A stretch of DNA of 64,000 nt, from contig DF237082.1 of NCBI GenBank assembly GCA_000708835.1, positions 62,001 through 126,000 of the forward strand, given 5' to 3'. The first letter of the stretch is position 1; each line of letters opens with the position of its first letter. Below the pieces are notes generated by a model, which searched no databases, was not told the DNA's origin, and saw only the letters and a list, made by a program, of their open reading frames with translations. Origin of the DNA: Klebsormidium nitens (Eukaryota > Plantae > Klebsormidiophyceae). Below are positions 42,004 through 64,000 of this stretch, in pieces. A program made the position numbers and the translations under genes.

Positions 42004-43756
42004 CTTAAAGAGGTTGACGCATTTTGTAGGATTAAGTGCGGGTCAGGTTGAGAGCTTGCGCAAAGAGTGATGCGGGAGAGCACCCTTCGCAGGCCGCCCC
42101 TGGTACTCGTGGGCCCCCTGTAACCTTCTGATTGCGAGCCGGTCTATTTTTGGGCATGCGGAGCGTGGTACTCCAGATTTCAGCATGAAAGAGGGACTAC
42201 AACAGAAACATAGGCAGACAGCGCAAGCCTGTCACTTAGGTGAATAAGGTCATGAAGTCGATAAGTTGTCCGCTCTTGTAAGAATAGTATGGCCACTGAA
42301 CGAACCCGGGAATAACGACTTAGTTCCCTGCATTGATAAAAAGCGTTGCCGAGGTTCGAAACCATCATTGGCCGCCCAAGTCCAAACATGTTGATGCCAG
42401 CAATTGCCTGCGTCAGTGTTCCCACACGCAATCTTCAACAACAGCTGCAGCAGGAGACTCGAATCGTTGATGCGGTGCGCAGGTGACTTGCATGTCAGTC
42501 ACCGGGTCCATATTCTCTTAATATGATCGTTTGCTCACATGCCAGGCCCGCTGTGTCACTGTTTGCATGTGCGACTGCCATTTATAAGCACAGCATGCGC
42601 TCTTCAATGCATGCGCGCTAGATGAAAGGGAAGATCGTATACGAATGTTGCTATAAGCTGGGCCCTCAAACACAAAGGTCTAATTCCGACTCTATCATGC
42701 TCCCGACCTGCATTGAATTTACAGGGCAGATGCGCTTGCTACAAGGGATCCCTCTAGCCAGCTTTCTGCATTTCAATTGCGAGCTTGTACGATCTTATAG
42801 CCTGAATATAGCTAGGGCGACAAAGGACTCGGATGCACGCCTATCTGGATGGACACGCCTATATGTGTACATGATTACTGCAAAGAGAATGGCCACCTTA
42901 CTCAGGTTTCATGCCAAGTTAAGGTGCCGCGGGTCATCTTGCTAACCAGCTCCGACTCTTGCCCAGGTGTCACACTGAAGCACACTGAAGTGGGGTCATA
43001 TGTTACACTCAAATTAACACTTCTTTCTGGGGTCTAAGATAATCCTAAGTTTCAAGTCTCTGGGTTAGGGGAGACCGTCCGGTCGACAAGAGTTACCTAC
43101 CTAGGTATCCTGACATACCGGTAGGTACAACTGGTGTACTTCTCTGCCGTTGGTTAATTGGAAGCTGGACGGTGTCGATGTTCTGAAGTCTCGATCTAGG
43201 GTAGGGTGCGCTTTATAAGAGGTGACTTCGTGGTCAACGAAGTCACCGGGTAAAGGGTTTCGACCAATCGGAGAACGAATAAAATGTGTCATTACCGGGC
43301 GTACTCGAGATGATAATAAGGTGTCAAATCAGCCTGAGCTAGAGCGTGCATGCCGACTGAGCGCTCGATTGCAGATGGTCACCCAAACTAATTAAGCAAA
43401 GCCGATATATGTTGCATGGACCCACCGCCTCAAAGTGAATGAAAAGGTAACAGATCGCACCACATTGCTGATCTATATCCAAAGCTAAAGAGCTGTCGTG
43501 TTCACGCGCTGTAGTGTCTCTCAACAAGAAACTGGGCTATTCAACAGCCAGCCTGTAGAAGTTCCTTGAAAATGTTCACAAGATCGTAACGTAGGAAAGT
43601 ATGACTTACAGAGCGTGCACGAATCTCATACCTAGTGACTGCATCTATGTCCCTGATTTGCACGGAGGCCTGCTGCATTATAAGGGCGGAGAAGCCGCCA
43701 TAGACCTCCTTTCCACATACTCATACACTGTGCAAAAGACGCACCGCTGCCAACTT

Positions 43757-46700
43757 CTATTCACCCATGATTGCCATAAGGAAGTCCCTGTAATAGCCGC
43801 TCGTCTCGCTCCGCACGCTCTGCGCGAGGGGTTTTTTGTATTTTGCTTGGAACATTTGCGCGACATGCGCGAGGTCAAACTCGGCCCGGGTGGTAAGTGT
43901 CCGGATGAGCGCCCGGTCATTTGTGCCCATGCCTTTCATTGCCTTGCGGAGGCACTTGGCGAAATAGTAGGGCCGGTTCCGGAGGGAGCGGATGATGGCC
44001 TTGAAAGCGCGCTTTAGGTCGCCCGACAGCTCCTTCGAAATCACCTTCTCGATGTCTGCAGGAGCATGGGGCTTGTGTCAACGATTGGAGAGTTTCGTTC
44101 AGATTGGAACGTCTCTTCCATCTCCAGGCGGTCATCCACCTGTGAAAGCTGCAAATCGTATCCTTCCTGATCACCCTTGTCTCACCACAAACGGAGTTAA
44201 GCAATCTGGAGATTAGGGCTCTCCAAACGGTGTGATCAGGCCCATAAACATGAAACAAAGTATTCGTTCACCAAGATAAATATTGCAGGTTCAACCGCGC
44301 CGCTTAGGAACCACCATGCAACGGAAGCGTTCAAGAACCACCATGCAACCGAAGCGTTTTTAGAATTCTTGCACATCGCGACCCTCAAGATCTGAACATG
44401 GCCTTATACAACCCTCGCTTCACGACGTATCCAAAGGCTTAGGAACCCAAGATTGTAACCGCTTCAGAGAATTGAGAACTCAATCAGAGCTTTCGCTCGA
44501 AGCGATGCTCCGCCAGCTTCTTTGGCTCCGAGACAAACCTTAAAAGATCAAATGTCAGCAACGCAATACCAACTGGTAGTCATCAAAACGAGACAATGCT
44601 GGAAACGACCTACTATCGATGAAAGCCTCTCCCAACGATGTTCTTGAAGAGACACGTACTTTTCAACCGGCAGGCACCTCAGTTCAGCAGAACAAAGCCA
44701 AATCAACCCCCTCACCATGGCCATATTTCCTGGCGTAGACGTCGGCCATCGCGGCCATCTGCGCCGAGCTCTGCGTGCAGAAGATGCGGATAAACTCGCC
44801 CTCGCTAGTTCCTATCCGGCCCACCCCCGCCTTGTAGAGCGCATCCGCGTCGTACTGCGCCCGGTTCATGTCGACCTCGGGACCCATCGGCCGCTGGCTC
44901 TGCAAACACGCCACGAGGACGCGCTCAAAGTCGCCACGTGTCGTGGACCTGACGTCAGCAACCAGGTCCCGGTTGTACTTGGTCTTGTAAGCGTACACAA
45001 CGGACTGGAGCTCGTTGGGGTAGCGGGAGCAGATGATCTCGATCAGGACCTGCCAGTAGGGGGGGAAACGATTGGAAAGAAATGCGGGGAATGGTTGCAC
45101 AAGTTTCGGCCAGATTTTGGACCCAATGTGTCTGCTGGGAGGGGTTGGTGCTTGTGAGATTTCGAACGTGGAGCAGTGAGTGGAAAACTTTGAACTGGAG
45201 TGGTGATCTAGCATGAGGAAGGCTGTCAGAAGTGGACAATGGGTGGCATACTGTTTGCAAACAGCATCAAGGAGAGCAGTTGAAATTCATTGAAAGGCTT
45301 GGCGTTTGCCTTACTTTTGAAGCCGGCATTAAATTGAGACCGGGTCAGGGGGCCCTCTTTCATAGGTTGGCACGTTTGTGAAAGCACTGGTAAAACCGAA
45401 AGTTGAGCGAGAACATGTCAAGGACGGACGACGCTGCGCCGCTGCCTTTCCCGCTCCGTGAAAAGCACAAAGTGGTTGAGCAGAATCAGGGCGACTGTGT
45501 GCATTAATGCACTGTAGGGTGAAGAAGTCTGACCCTGATCCTGACTTACCAGTATGGCTCTGGGCCGTGTCTATCGTGAACATATATTCAGTGGACTCGA
45601 CTTCAAATTTCTCCCCAGTCATGGCTGTATACTAAGCTGCAAAGAAGTGCAGTCACTATTTTGGTCTACAAGAGCTGCACATTCCTTCCCCATCTACCAG
45701 CATTAAAGACCCCTCCAAATGAGCCCCTCTCAATCTGCTAATCTCCTGAAACCCAGAACTCAACCAGCTCACCTGATCATCTGTCATTATCCCGTCCTGT
45801 AATGCTTTGCGCAGGAGCTCTGCGTCCCTTTCCGCTGGCTGCATCAGGAAGGTAACCACCGCAGACTCCAAGTTGCCAGTCAGCTCACTCCTGAGCTTCT
45901 GCACGAACGAAAAAACACGGATTCAATGATGCACATTCTACAACTAAGCGACAAGATGCTGCAATGACCCACTTTAGCTGAAATACGACTGGCCCCGACG
46001 GGGACCCAGAGCAACCGTATTGTGCCCAAGACTTATACACAGGAGCGACATGGTAAATGAAAAGCGGGAGATTACCTGCCAAAGCGACCTGGTAAAGTGC
46101 TGAGCAAGGGAAGGAAAAACCCGATTTAACATCTGGGGGATTGCCCACCTTGTACAAGTCATCACCATAGGACGCTGTGTAGCCCTGGACAATGGCCTGT
46201 CTCTGCCACCACATCCTGTGCGCAATGACTGAGATGATGGCCTTCTCATCCGAACCAAAACCTGCAAACAGGAACCACTTTGTTTGCCCAGGTTGTGGAG
46301 GCAGAATTAAAGAACATACGGCGATTGCTTGGGACAACTACTTGGTTGGGGGTTGAACCTAGAGCGCCCGACAAGGTCTTACCAAGGCCAGAAAGGATTC
46401 TGAGGCTTACAAGGAAGTCTTCAGGTTCATCAACACACTTTGCCACCGTTTTGCTGCTTTGCTACAATGGAGAATGCCTGCTCTGTTTACTAACAGGTGG
46501 CATACCTGCTTTTCCATCAGTAAAATGACAACTGTCCTTTTCACTGATGAGAACCATCATCCTGCTCAACTTCCATTTTGTTCTAGCACAAGGATTGCAG
46601 GGTACGCGCACAACTTTTTCCCTGATTTGTCAAGCACTCCGCAAAGCGAGCGTGCTGCTTTGCTGAAATTGGCTTAGCCACATGTGCTTAAACAAGGCAG

Positions 46701-47128
46701 CAATTTCAAGATCAAAGAGAAGACAAGGTCCCAGGTCAGGCAGGCCTAGGCAAGTAGTGAACTAGGTAGATACTTCAAAACTTCCAATGGCCCCTCAATT
46801 GCAGGCCACAGGTGTCACATACCCTGCAGGCAACACGTGACATCCTGGAACATCTAGATTGCTCTTATCATGAACAAACTTCAACAACAGGTTGAGTAAT
46901 CCGTGCAATTGCAAGCTCTGAGCAAAGAATTGAACAAAAGACAGCCCAAACTTTTTTGATGAAAGGTTCTCCGGTTGACTGCTCGTTGAATGTCCTCCAA
47001 ATGTACCTAGCTGTTCTCAACGCATATTTGAACTCCCATCTGAACTGTGGCTTACCTTTCATCGCCTTATGAAGGATCTGCACATCCTCCAACGGGTTTG
47101 CTTGAGGGGGTGCTCGTACAGTGGCCAT
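43757..47128 (-). CDS. ANN: Annexin (four repeats), 314 aa. Exons 47128-47056, 46261-46149, 45898-45773, 45049-44716, 44055-43757.
   Basis: LHKAMKGFGSDEKAIISVIAHR, KLRSELTGNLESAV, LIEIICSR, LYKAGVGRIGTSEGEFIRIF, LRKAMKGMGTNDRALIRTLTTRAE and ETSGYYRDFL. Phases close. Confidence 0.95.
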
Positions 47129-47897
47129 TCCTTCTCTGGTCTCGAGCACAAAACTCCTTCCTGTTGCAATTGCACTACGGTATTAGGATAATCGCTTTGT
47201 AATGTCCTCTCGAGAAAACCCCGAAATCATTATGTATCACTTCCTCCCTTTATGCAAGCTGATGGTGATTTCAAAACAAGCAGGCAGCGCACACTGAAGG
47301 CCGGAAGACGGTTGCTGTGCTGCTAAAAAGATGGAAGGTTCACGTTCATGATGCACATGTTGTGCAAAACATGCAATCATTGAATCAATGCAAAGCTTCG
47401 CTGGCCTTTTCAATTTGCTGGCTCTTGCTTCCTTCCAAGAAGCTACTCCATTTATTTGTTGCCTGACCTGCGACCCTTTATGTACCCAGCGGGCACTCAT
47501 CCGACTGAGTACAAAAACCTAGCGACCAGTACCCCCTCTAGAGGAAACAGGAGCCGCCGGAGCTGGTCCTAGTATGCACGGGTTGCGCTTTTATCAGTTG
47601 TGGGTACCTTTCCAAATCAACCAGATTATGAAGGTTTTCAACCTAGCACGAGGGGGATGGCTCGCGGTATCCAAGAGCATCGCGCGCCGCATTTTGGGGT
47701 GCTCAAGCTGCCGGTCCACCTTGGCACGACAGGCCTTTGACCAAATTTACCCGGTACCATACCGGTCCTCGCTTATCTTTTCAAAGCAAGTACTTTTAAG
47801 TAGGTAGGAAGGAACCGACCTGGTGAGACGGTACCTACATTTCAAACGCTGTCCGTACAGGTGCCAGCATGAGCACATGGAGTCGCATGTGAAATTT

Positions 47898-48127
47898 CAG
47901 GGTTTCCCACGGGGTTTCGTCCCGGCCGGCCAGCTGCCGGCTGGCCCCCGGTCCTGTCGGCTCGGTAGTCGGCATTTGGCACTACCGGCCGGCTGAGCCC
48001 ACTATTTGCCTGCAATATCAGCCGGCTAGCCAGCCGGCGGGGTGCCTTTGGGTGCCTTCGGCACCGGCCGGGGTCCCTTCTCGGCCGGCCAGGTCCCAGG
48101 TTCTCTTGCCGGCTGTGGGTAACCCTG
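47898..48127. mobile_element. MITE-like element, 230 bp, with hAT-like CAGGG termini
   Basis: 13-bp TIR with 1 mismatch (CAGGGTTTCCCAC / CAGGGTTACCCAC). GC-rich interior with many GCCGGC and CCGGCCGG subterminal motifs. There is no matching 8-bp TSD. Confidence 0.55.
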
Positions 48128-48380
48128 GCTGATGTGAATACCCTATTAGATGAACTCGCAACCCGATTCGGAATGACCAACTCTCAGCCTTCGATATTTT
48201 TGATTACGATCGAACGGCCGTTAACGTTAAACGCTAGCATCCGCCGATCTGATGTCACGTCAGCTAGGCAAGTTCCTCAATCCAGACTGTGTCTTGTCCC
48301 CACCCCTAGTTTGACTGGGTCAACAGAAAAAGAAGGTAACGAATTTACAATCAGGGCGACAAGAACTTGAACTTGATGTT

Positions 48381-48864
48381 NNNNNNNNNNNNNNNNNNNN
48401 NNNNNNNNNNNNNNNNNNNNNNNNNNNNNNNNNNNNNNNNNNNNNNNNNNNNNNNNNNNNNNNNNNNNNNNNNNNNNNNNNNNNNNNNNNNNNNNNNNNN
48501 NNNNNNNNNNNNNNNNNNNNNNNNNNNNNNNNNNNNNNNNNNNNNNNNNNNNNNNNNNNNNNNNNNNNNNNNNNNNNNNNNNNNNNNNNNNNNNNNNNNN
48601 NNNNNNNNNNNNNNNNNNNNNNNNNNNNNNNNNNNNNNNNNNNNNNNNNNNNNNNNNNNNNNNNNNNNNNNNNNNNNNNNNNNNNNNNNNNNNNNNNNNN
48701 NNNNNNNNNNNNNNNNNNNNNNNNNNNNNNNNNNNNNNNNNNNNNNNNNNNNNNNNNNNNNNNNNNNNNNNNNNNNNNNNNNNNNNNNNNNNNNNNNNNN
48801 NNNNNNNNNNNNNNNNNNNNNNNNNNNNNNNNNNNNNNNNNNNNNNNNNNNNNNNNNNNNNNNN
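48381..48864. other. Assembly gap (484 N)
   Basis: Run of N in the sequence. Confidence 1.
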
Positions 48865-49151
48865 AGTCTGAAGAAGCGGGCAGGAGAATATCATTGAGGT
48901 GTACGAGAGGTTGCAAGAGCCTTTCAGGGTGAAGGTTTTGGAAATACAAGCACAGCTTCCAGGGACTGCAGGCTACGGTTGCTTTCATAAGCGCTGCAAA
49001 TTCATTTGAGCATATTCAGATGTTTTGTATCGACAGGATAAGACTATATTGAGGAGGATTCTTATGGTCTTGATCAGTCTGTAAGGAGGATCAGCTGTTG
49101 TCGTTAAGCTGCTCGCTAAATTCTACAATTGCCTCTGGCCGGGTCTCGTAG

Positions 49152-58893
<9,742 letters not shown>

Positions 58894-59809
58894 AAATGGA
58901 CAATGGGGTGGTTATCCTGGTAACAAGTTAGTTGCAATCAACTCGCGAAGGGGGACACTGAAAGGTTCTAAATGAGGGGGTTCAGGTAGTTGTGTTGATA
59001 ATGAGCGGCCTGAAGTTTTGGCATATGTGATCATTTTCACTCGTATATGAGGGTTCCGGTCTAGCTCCATCAGCTCACCAATTTCGTCCTTGCTGGCCGT
59101 TGCTTGTGGTAGCTTTGGGCAACACTTCATGAGCACTTGAGAAACTGGATTACAAACCGCGTGTCAAGGTATCAACTCAAGTTCATTCTGTCGACCTGCA
59201 CCTGTATGGTATCGACCATAAATTGATGGATAAACGCGACCATGTAGTGATGTCCGAGCCTGAAGACTCTGATGGTCTCTTCTTGTTTGCGTTAGAGCCA
59301 GACAGGCCACAGGCTTTTCATGGCATACATATGCGTGGTGTGTTTGGTTAAGCAATTTGAGCTTGAATCTGCATGCAATTGCCCACGTCTATGCTCCACC
59401 CGTGGTCGCGCGGGCTTGCATAATGTCCATATGCATCGGACCGTTGTTAACTGCAATAAATTTGCCATGAAGCTTTAAACACGGAGGAGCTTAAAGACGC
59501 GGACTGCTAGGCCCGTGGCGAATATCATTGAAGGGCAGAGTGGAAGGCTGGCCCCATATAATGCTATGTTGACGCCTGCACTGCGACGTCAATGGTGCAG
59601 TCAATAAAATTCAAGAAGAAGTCCTGCCTTATGGGCCCCAGAGGACAACACGGGGTCAATTCCACATTCTGCGATCGCTGACATTCTCTTGACCCAGCAA
59701 TGAACACTGCGCTCGTATACGTGAGACAGACACGTGATCGCGCTTGCAATCCGTAGAAACATATGACACAACTGTATGACTGATCTTGTTTGTGTAAACA
59801 ACAGGCGTG

Positions 59810-62800
59810 CTAGCTAGATGTCCCGTACTTCAGAGTCATGGTTTGAAAGTCGGCCAGCGTAAGCTCTTCCTGATCGCTTTTCTCCTCTTGCATCTTCAAC
59901 TTTAGCGCCAGCCAAATGTGTTTGGAGACGTGCGGCGTGCTCTGCAAAGGCGAATGATCGTTCAGCGCCGCCCTCGCATGCAGCCAATGTAATCGAATCA
60001 AAGACGCACGACAAAAAGTCGCATGGTCAGATTGGCATGCCGTTGAGCGCATTCTGATCGAGACGAAGAACCGGGCTTAAAGCAGATTTCTCCTGATAGC
60101 ACCCTTACCTTGAACAGGTCAGGAAAAGAAGACAGAGCACTTCGATAAGCGTCCAAGGCTGACTCGTCCAATTGGTCGATCCAAGGCGGGTCCGACCTGC
60201 GAGTATGGCGTCAGGAGTTTATAACCGAGACAAGATGATCCGTACTTGAATCCAGGCCTCTGCTTCTGGCGCACTTTATCGGACTGGACCCGCAAAAGGT
60301 TCAAAGGAAGTAGGAAGTAACCAACGTTTTCTCTAAGCTTCGGCGTCTCTAGACCACCACAGACTTCCGAACATTCATTGATCTTTGCAAAGCTCCGTGA
60401 CAGAATGTTGGGCACCACTCCACAATCAGACGGGTTTGGAAACTGCTTCAGATCTCAGTCTCTCGGTCAAACCCGCCGACGGCAATTGCTTTGTTCCTGC
60501 TCAAAAAAAGGCCAGTTGCGGATACTCACTAAGAGTATTCTCGGGTGATTCAAGAGGCGTGTGACTCAAGATAGGTGCCCGGGAGACGGGTGGGGTTGGT
60601 AGGGTGGTTAGGGTGTGTTTGGGTGCGGAGCGCGTGACCAATTTATGATAGGATTTTCCGTTTACATGCCCGGGTGGCTTGAATGATAGGTCACACGCCC
60701 TTTAGGTCACAGGAAAGTTACCAGTATGTAAAACCTACTTTGAGTATCCTTGGGTTATCTCCTTGTCCCTGGTGGAGAGGGGTAGCAGGCTCGCCCATTC
60801 GCTTAGCACGGCGAGCAATTGGTCCTTATCAACGCGTCTTCGTTCATCCATGCACGCGCCGTAAAAGTTGACCACCTCCGTTACGAGCTCGTCTCCCTCC
60901 GAACCGCCGTCTGCTGCTCGCTGCAATAGATTTTGGTACAGCATCACTTGCATTGCCAGAGATGAAAACATTACTTGAAGTTATGGTTGTTGTCGGGCAT
61001 CGAGGATGCAAACGGGGAAAATGTGGACGAATTTGCTACGCCAGAAAGTAGCAGTTCCGAGCATCCGACTGAGTGCTTCAGAAAATCGCTTCGTTCTTTG
61101 AGATGGGGGCTTGCACCGGAAGTCATCGATGAGACTCTGAGAAGGGATCCTTGCAAAGGTAAAGCCGTCTGTGGTTGATCGGACCAGCTTCGCGCTCCGA
61201 AAAATGTGGCCCTTCCGATGCAACTCATTGCAACCTCAAAATCGTCATTATTTTCCTATGGATGCCATTCCAAAACCATTTGTCAGGCATCAAGTTGACT
61301 GCACGTACGTTGGACGGCCTGGACAGTTTATATTGTGGCCCAATTCGAATCTGCAGAAAACTTGTCTTTGCATTTCTTTCCAGCTTTGATTTATACAGTG
61401 TATAAGCGAGACAGTTCGCTGCATGCAAAGGTGCAGTCGACGAGAAAGAGGACCAGATGACTTAGCACGAAATCCTTGATAAGACAGCGAATGAGTAGGA
61501 GATTACTTGCTTCTCCCAACTCTGACAAGGTTAGTCAATTCAGTGCTTTTAAACACACGAACTGCAGTGTGGTAGCATCTAGGCGGGAGCCCGTGCTTCA
61601 ATCAAGATGATGATTCTCTGCAGGTTATATGAGAGCGAAGGACCCTTCTGAGCTCCAATCCCTCTCTAAATCAATATCTCAAGCACGAAGAAACTTAGAA
61701 GTCGAGATCAAGCTGCTGGTGCCTCATTCCGGCCTTGAATTCCAGATGAAGTAGGGAGAGGCCACCTCTTTGAGCTGATCGGCTACCGTCTTCATAACGT
61801 CCGCCAGAAAGTGCTCGACCGTGGCCCAGCGCTGAGTCCGGGGGGCTGCTTTTAGAATGTCGACACCAACGGACGCAACTAGAGCGAAGTCGAAATTATA
61901 CAGAAGGTCGGAATCTCCAGGATCCTGCTTGTATCGCTTCTTGTATTTCAAAGCGCACGCCTTCTTGTGGTCGTTAAACAAAAACATCAAGATTGATTGA
62001 GCTTCGGAGATCCAGACAAGTCGTGGCGGACTGGAATGTTGACCACCTTCAGCTTAAAAAAAATTCATTTTTTCTTACGTATACGCAATTGATGCGGCGC
62101 TCTACAATGTTGGCGACATGTTCAGTTTGTAATTAGATGGCAAAGGAAGGTAGGATCCCTAGAAAAGTAAACAGATTTTGAACGGCAGGATCCGTCATGT
62201 GGCACGCGCGATTTTTTTTCCACTGAGTGGCTTTAATCAGGGCAGATGACAAGGACAAATGAAGCTGAAAGAAACGTTTTCCCACTCACGGCAAAAGCTT
62301 TCTACCTGCGCCCATGCACAGCTCCTGGAGGAAGTTTCTTGTTCTGATTCTGACTGGTTAAGATCATCGCAAAGAAGCTTGCTTAACAAAGCATCAAGCA
62401 AAATCAACTGGCTATCTGCGAGTTTGGGAAGCAAAGAAGCCACAGGAAAAACTGCGAGCAGAATCTATTAACGGTGAACAATCCTCATGTTTCAAGAGGC
62501 ATTTCGACTGTGTAGCTGCAACTATAACGTGGCAACTAGCAATAGAAGTGACTACTGTAGGCTCTCTGGACAATCTTAACCAAAGGCAGTTACTTAAAGA
62601 AAAGGATCAGCTGAGCAACTCACGCTAGAAGGTGAGCAGCGCTCCGGTATTCGTCTGCGTGCGCTTCTTCAATTAGCTGTTCCGTGCAGTTCAGGCCGAC
62701 GAGCTTTGCACCTTCACGCTGCCAAGCTTTCAAAGCCGGCTGGTGCGGCGACAACAGTACATGCATGGATTTTGCAAGTGAGTTCGGATCTTAGCAAGTG

Positions 62801-63290
62801 TACAGAATGTTCAACTATGAAATGGAAGGTTGGATCCTTGAGAATATGCTGCAGAAGTCTGGACTTAAGATGCTCCGTTTCTTGGTCTGGACTCATCATC
62901 ATTACAGCAGGGTAGCAGAGCTTTTGCTTCTAGCCATCTTCTTGGCCGTTAAGTTCATTAAACAACCAGCGTAGGATTTTAAGTGAAAGCGAACTACTCT
63001 CAGCGGACAATTGAGGGCAGAGAACCTGAACAAAAGCAGCTTGAACATGCTCCTGTACTATAGTTAATCGATCATGGAAACAAGCCTTGTCCGTAAAGTA
63101 ACAAGGTTGGAATCAGCTGTTATATTCACGATTATCGATGAACAAACAAAGACTGCAGAGTACGTACGACTTGGATAGTGTCTGGTTTGAACAAAAGATC
63201 CAACAACACCAAGATCTCACTCTCGCCTCAGCTTGTCACCATCTATTCTCACCTTGACTGCCATGATGAAAAGGAGTTGGTCCATGGAGG
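59810..63290 (-). other. Possible multi-exon gene or pseudogene of unknown function; only partly resolved
   Basis: A phase-consistent chain 60946-60739, 60196-60109, 59941-59810 has strong GTAGG/GTAAG donors (…VNFYGACMDERRRVDKDQLL…YSK|SDPPWIDQLDESALDAYRSALSSFPDLFK|STPHVSKHIWLALKLK…*). Protein-like segments upstream (~61960-61770, ~62410-62305) could not be joined cleanly. Confidence 0.35.
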
Positions 63291-64000
63291 AAGTTCCTGA
63301 CGGTTTCTAGACGGATCCCTCCCGACTTTCAGTCCTGATCGATGCTTGAGCAACACGGTCGAGAAGCGAGTGGCCGCTCCTATTCTCGTCGGAGTCCGCA
63401 ACTGAACTGAACTCTGGTGCAACGATGCAGCAACGCGTAAGTCCAATTATTCAAAGGTCAGGTCGCTCTCGAAGAGAACAAAGACTAACACCTCCGGGCT
63501 CCAAGAAACACATTTCGTAGTTTTATGGCTCCACCCGCGTTGCAAGCCTGGACTTCGGAGGACGTCATCAGACGTCACCGTTAAATGTACAGGCTACTCC
63601 CAGCCGGAGGCCGGAGCAGGCCGGAGGCACTCAGTGCTCTCTCGCTGCCTGGTGCAGCAAGACAAGAAGCGCCTGGGTTTGAGAAGGGCAGCCTCTAAAC
63701 ATTCTGAATGAGCACCATGAATGCTATGCCGCCCGAAATCCAAACTGACCAAGATATCCTTTGTCGGTCAGTGCTTTTAAAGCTGCGTATGAGTAGGCGG
63801 TTATACTCCAATTGCAGCCTGATTAACATAGGTAAGCACGTCTTTGTTGGTTATTGCATGATTTGTGAATCTCAGATCAATCTCTCGTGCCAATTGATGA
63901 ACTGACTGGCCTTCAGGTAGCTCGGCTGCGCATACCGCACGTCGACGGACTCCGATGTGCCATGCAGCCACGATTCAAGAACTATGCAACCTGGGAGATG

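Noticed and set aside
43196-43247. Hairpin plus CTAG as a Helitron 3' end
   Set aside because: The hairpin-to-CTAG distance is about 21 nt, the next base is not T, and no matching 5' TC end could be located.
44308-44360. 27-nt tandem duplication in an annexin intron (also a ~63-nt one in cyclophilin intron 2)
   Set aside because: These are ordinary small mid-intron duplications containing no exon or splice-site sequence.
48277-48988. ORFs of 176-222 aa spanning the N run
   Set aside because: They are artefacts of translating the assembly gap.

Overview
Eukaryotic nuclear DNA with intron-rich genes and GC-rich coding exons. The gene content and style suggest a streptophyte green alga, possibly Klebsormidium-like (inference, not verified). 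I reconstructed exon chains by hand, and the phases close for ten genes: plastid NAD-malate dehydrogenase (-, runs off the window start), a choline transporter-like CTL/SLC44 gene (-), a secretory-type cyclophilin (+), a GDA1/CD39 apyrase (-), the spliceosomal helicase PRP43 (+), a convergent pair of paralogous helical-domain + zf-MYND genes (one with a +1 frameshift), a plastid FNR-like oxidoreductase (+), an annexin (-) and CDC5 (+). There are also two MITE-like elements, a 484-N assembly gap and an unresolved spliced-gene-like region at the end. The most unusual signal is recurrent 'splice-junction echoes'. Introns of CTL, apyrase, CDC5 and (weakly) the FNR-like gene hold 1-3 diverged tandem copies of the neighbouring exon edge together with its splice site. 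In several echoes the differences from the true exon are almost all synonymous. One echo duplicates the branch point and acceptor of a U12-type minor intron, and another is split exactly at its donor by a MITE.
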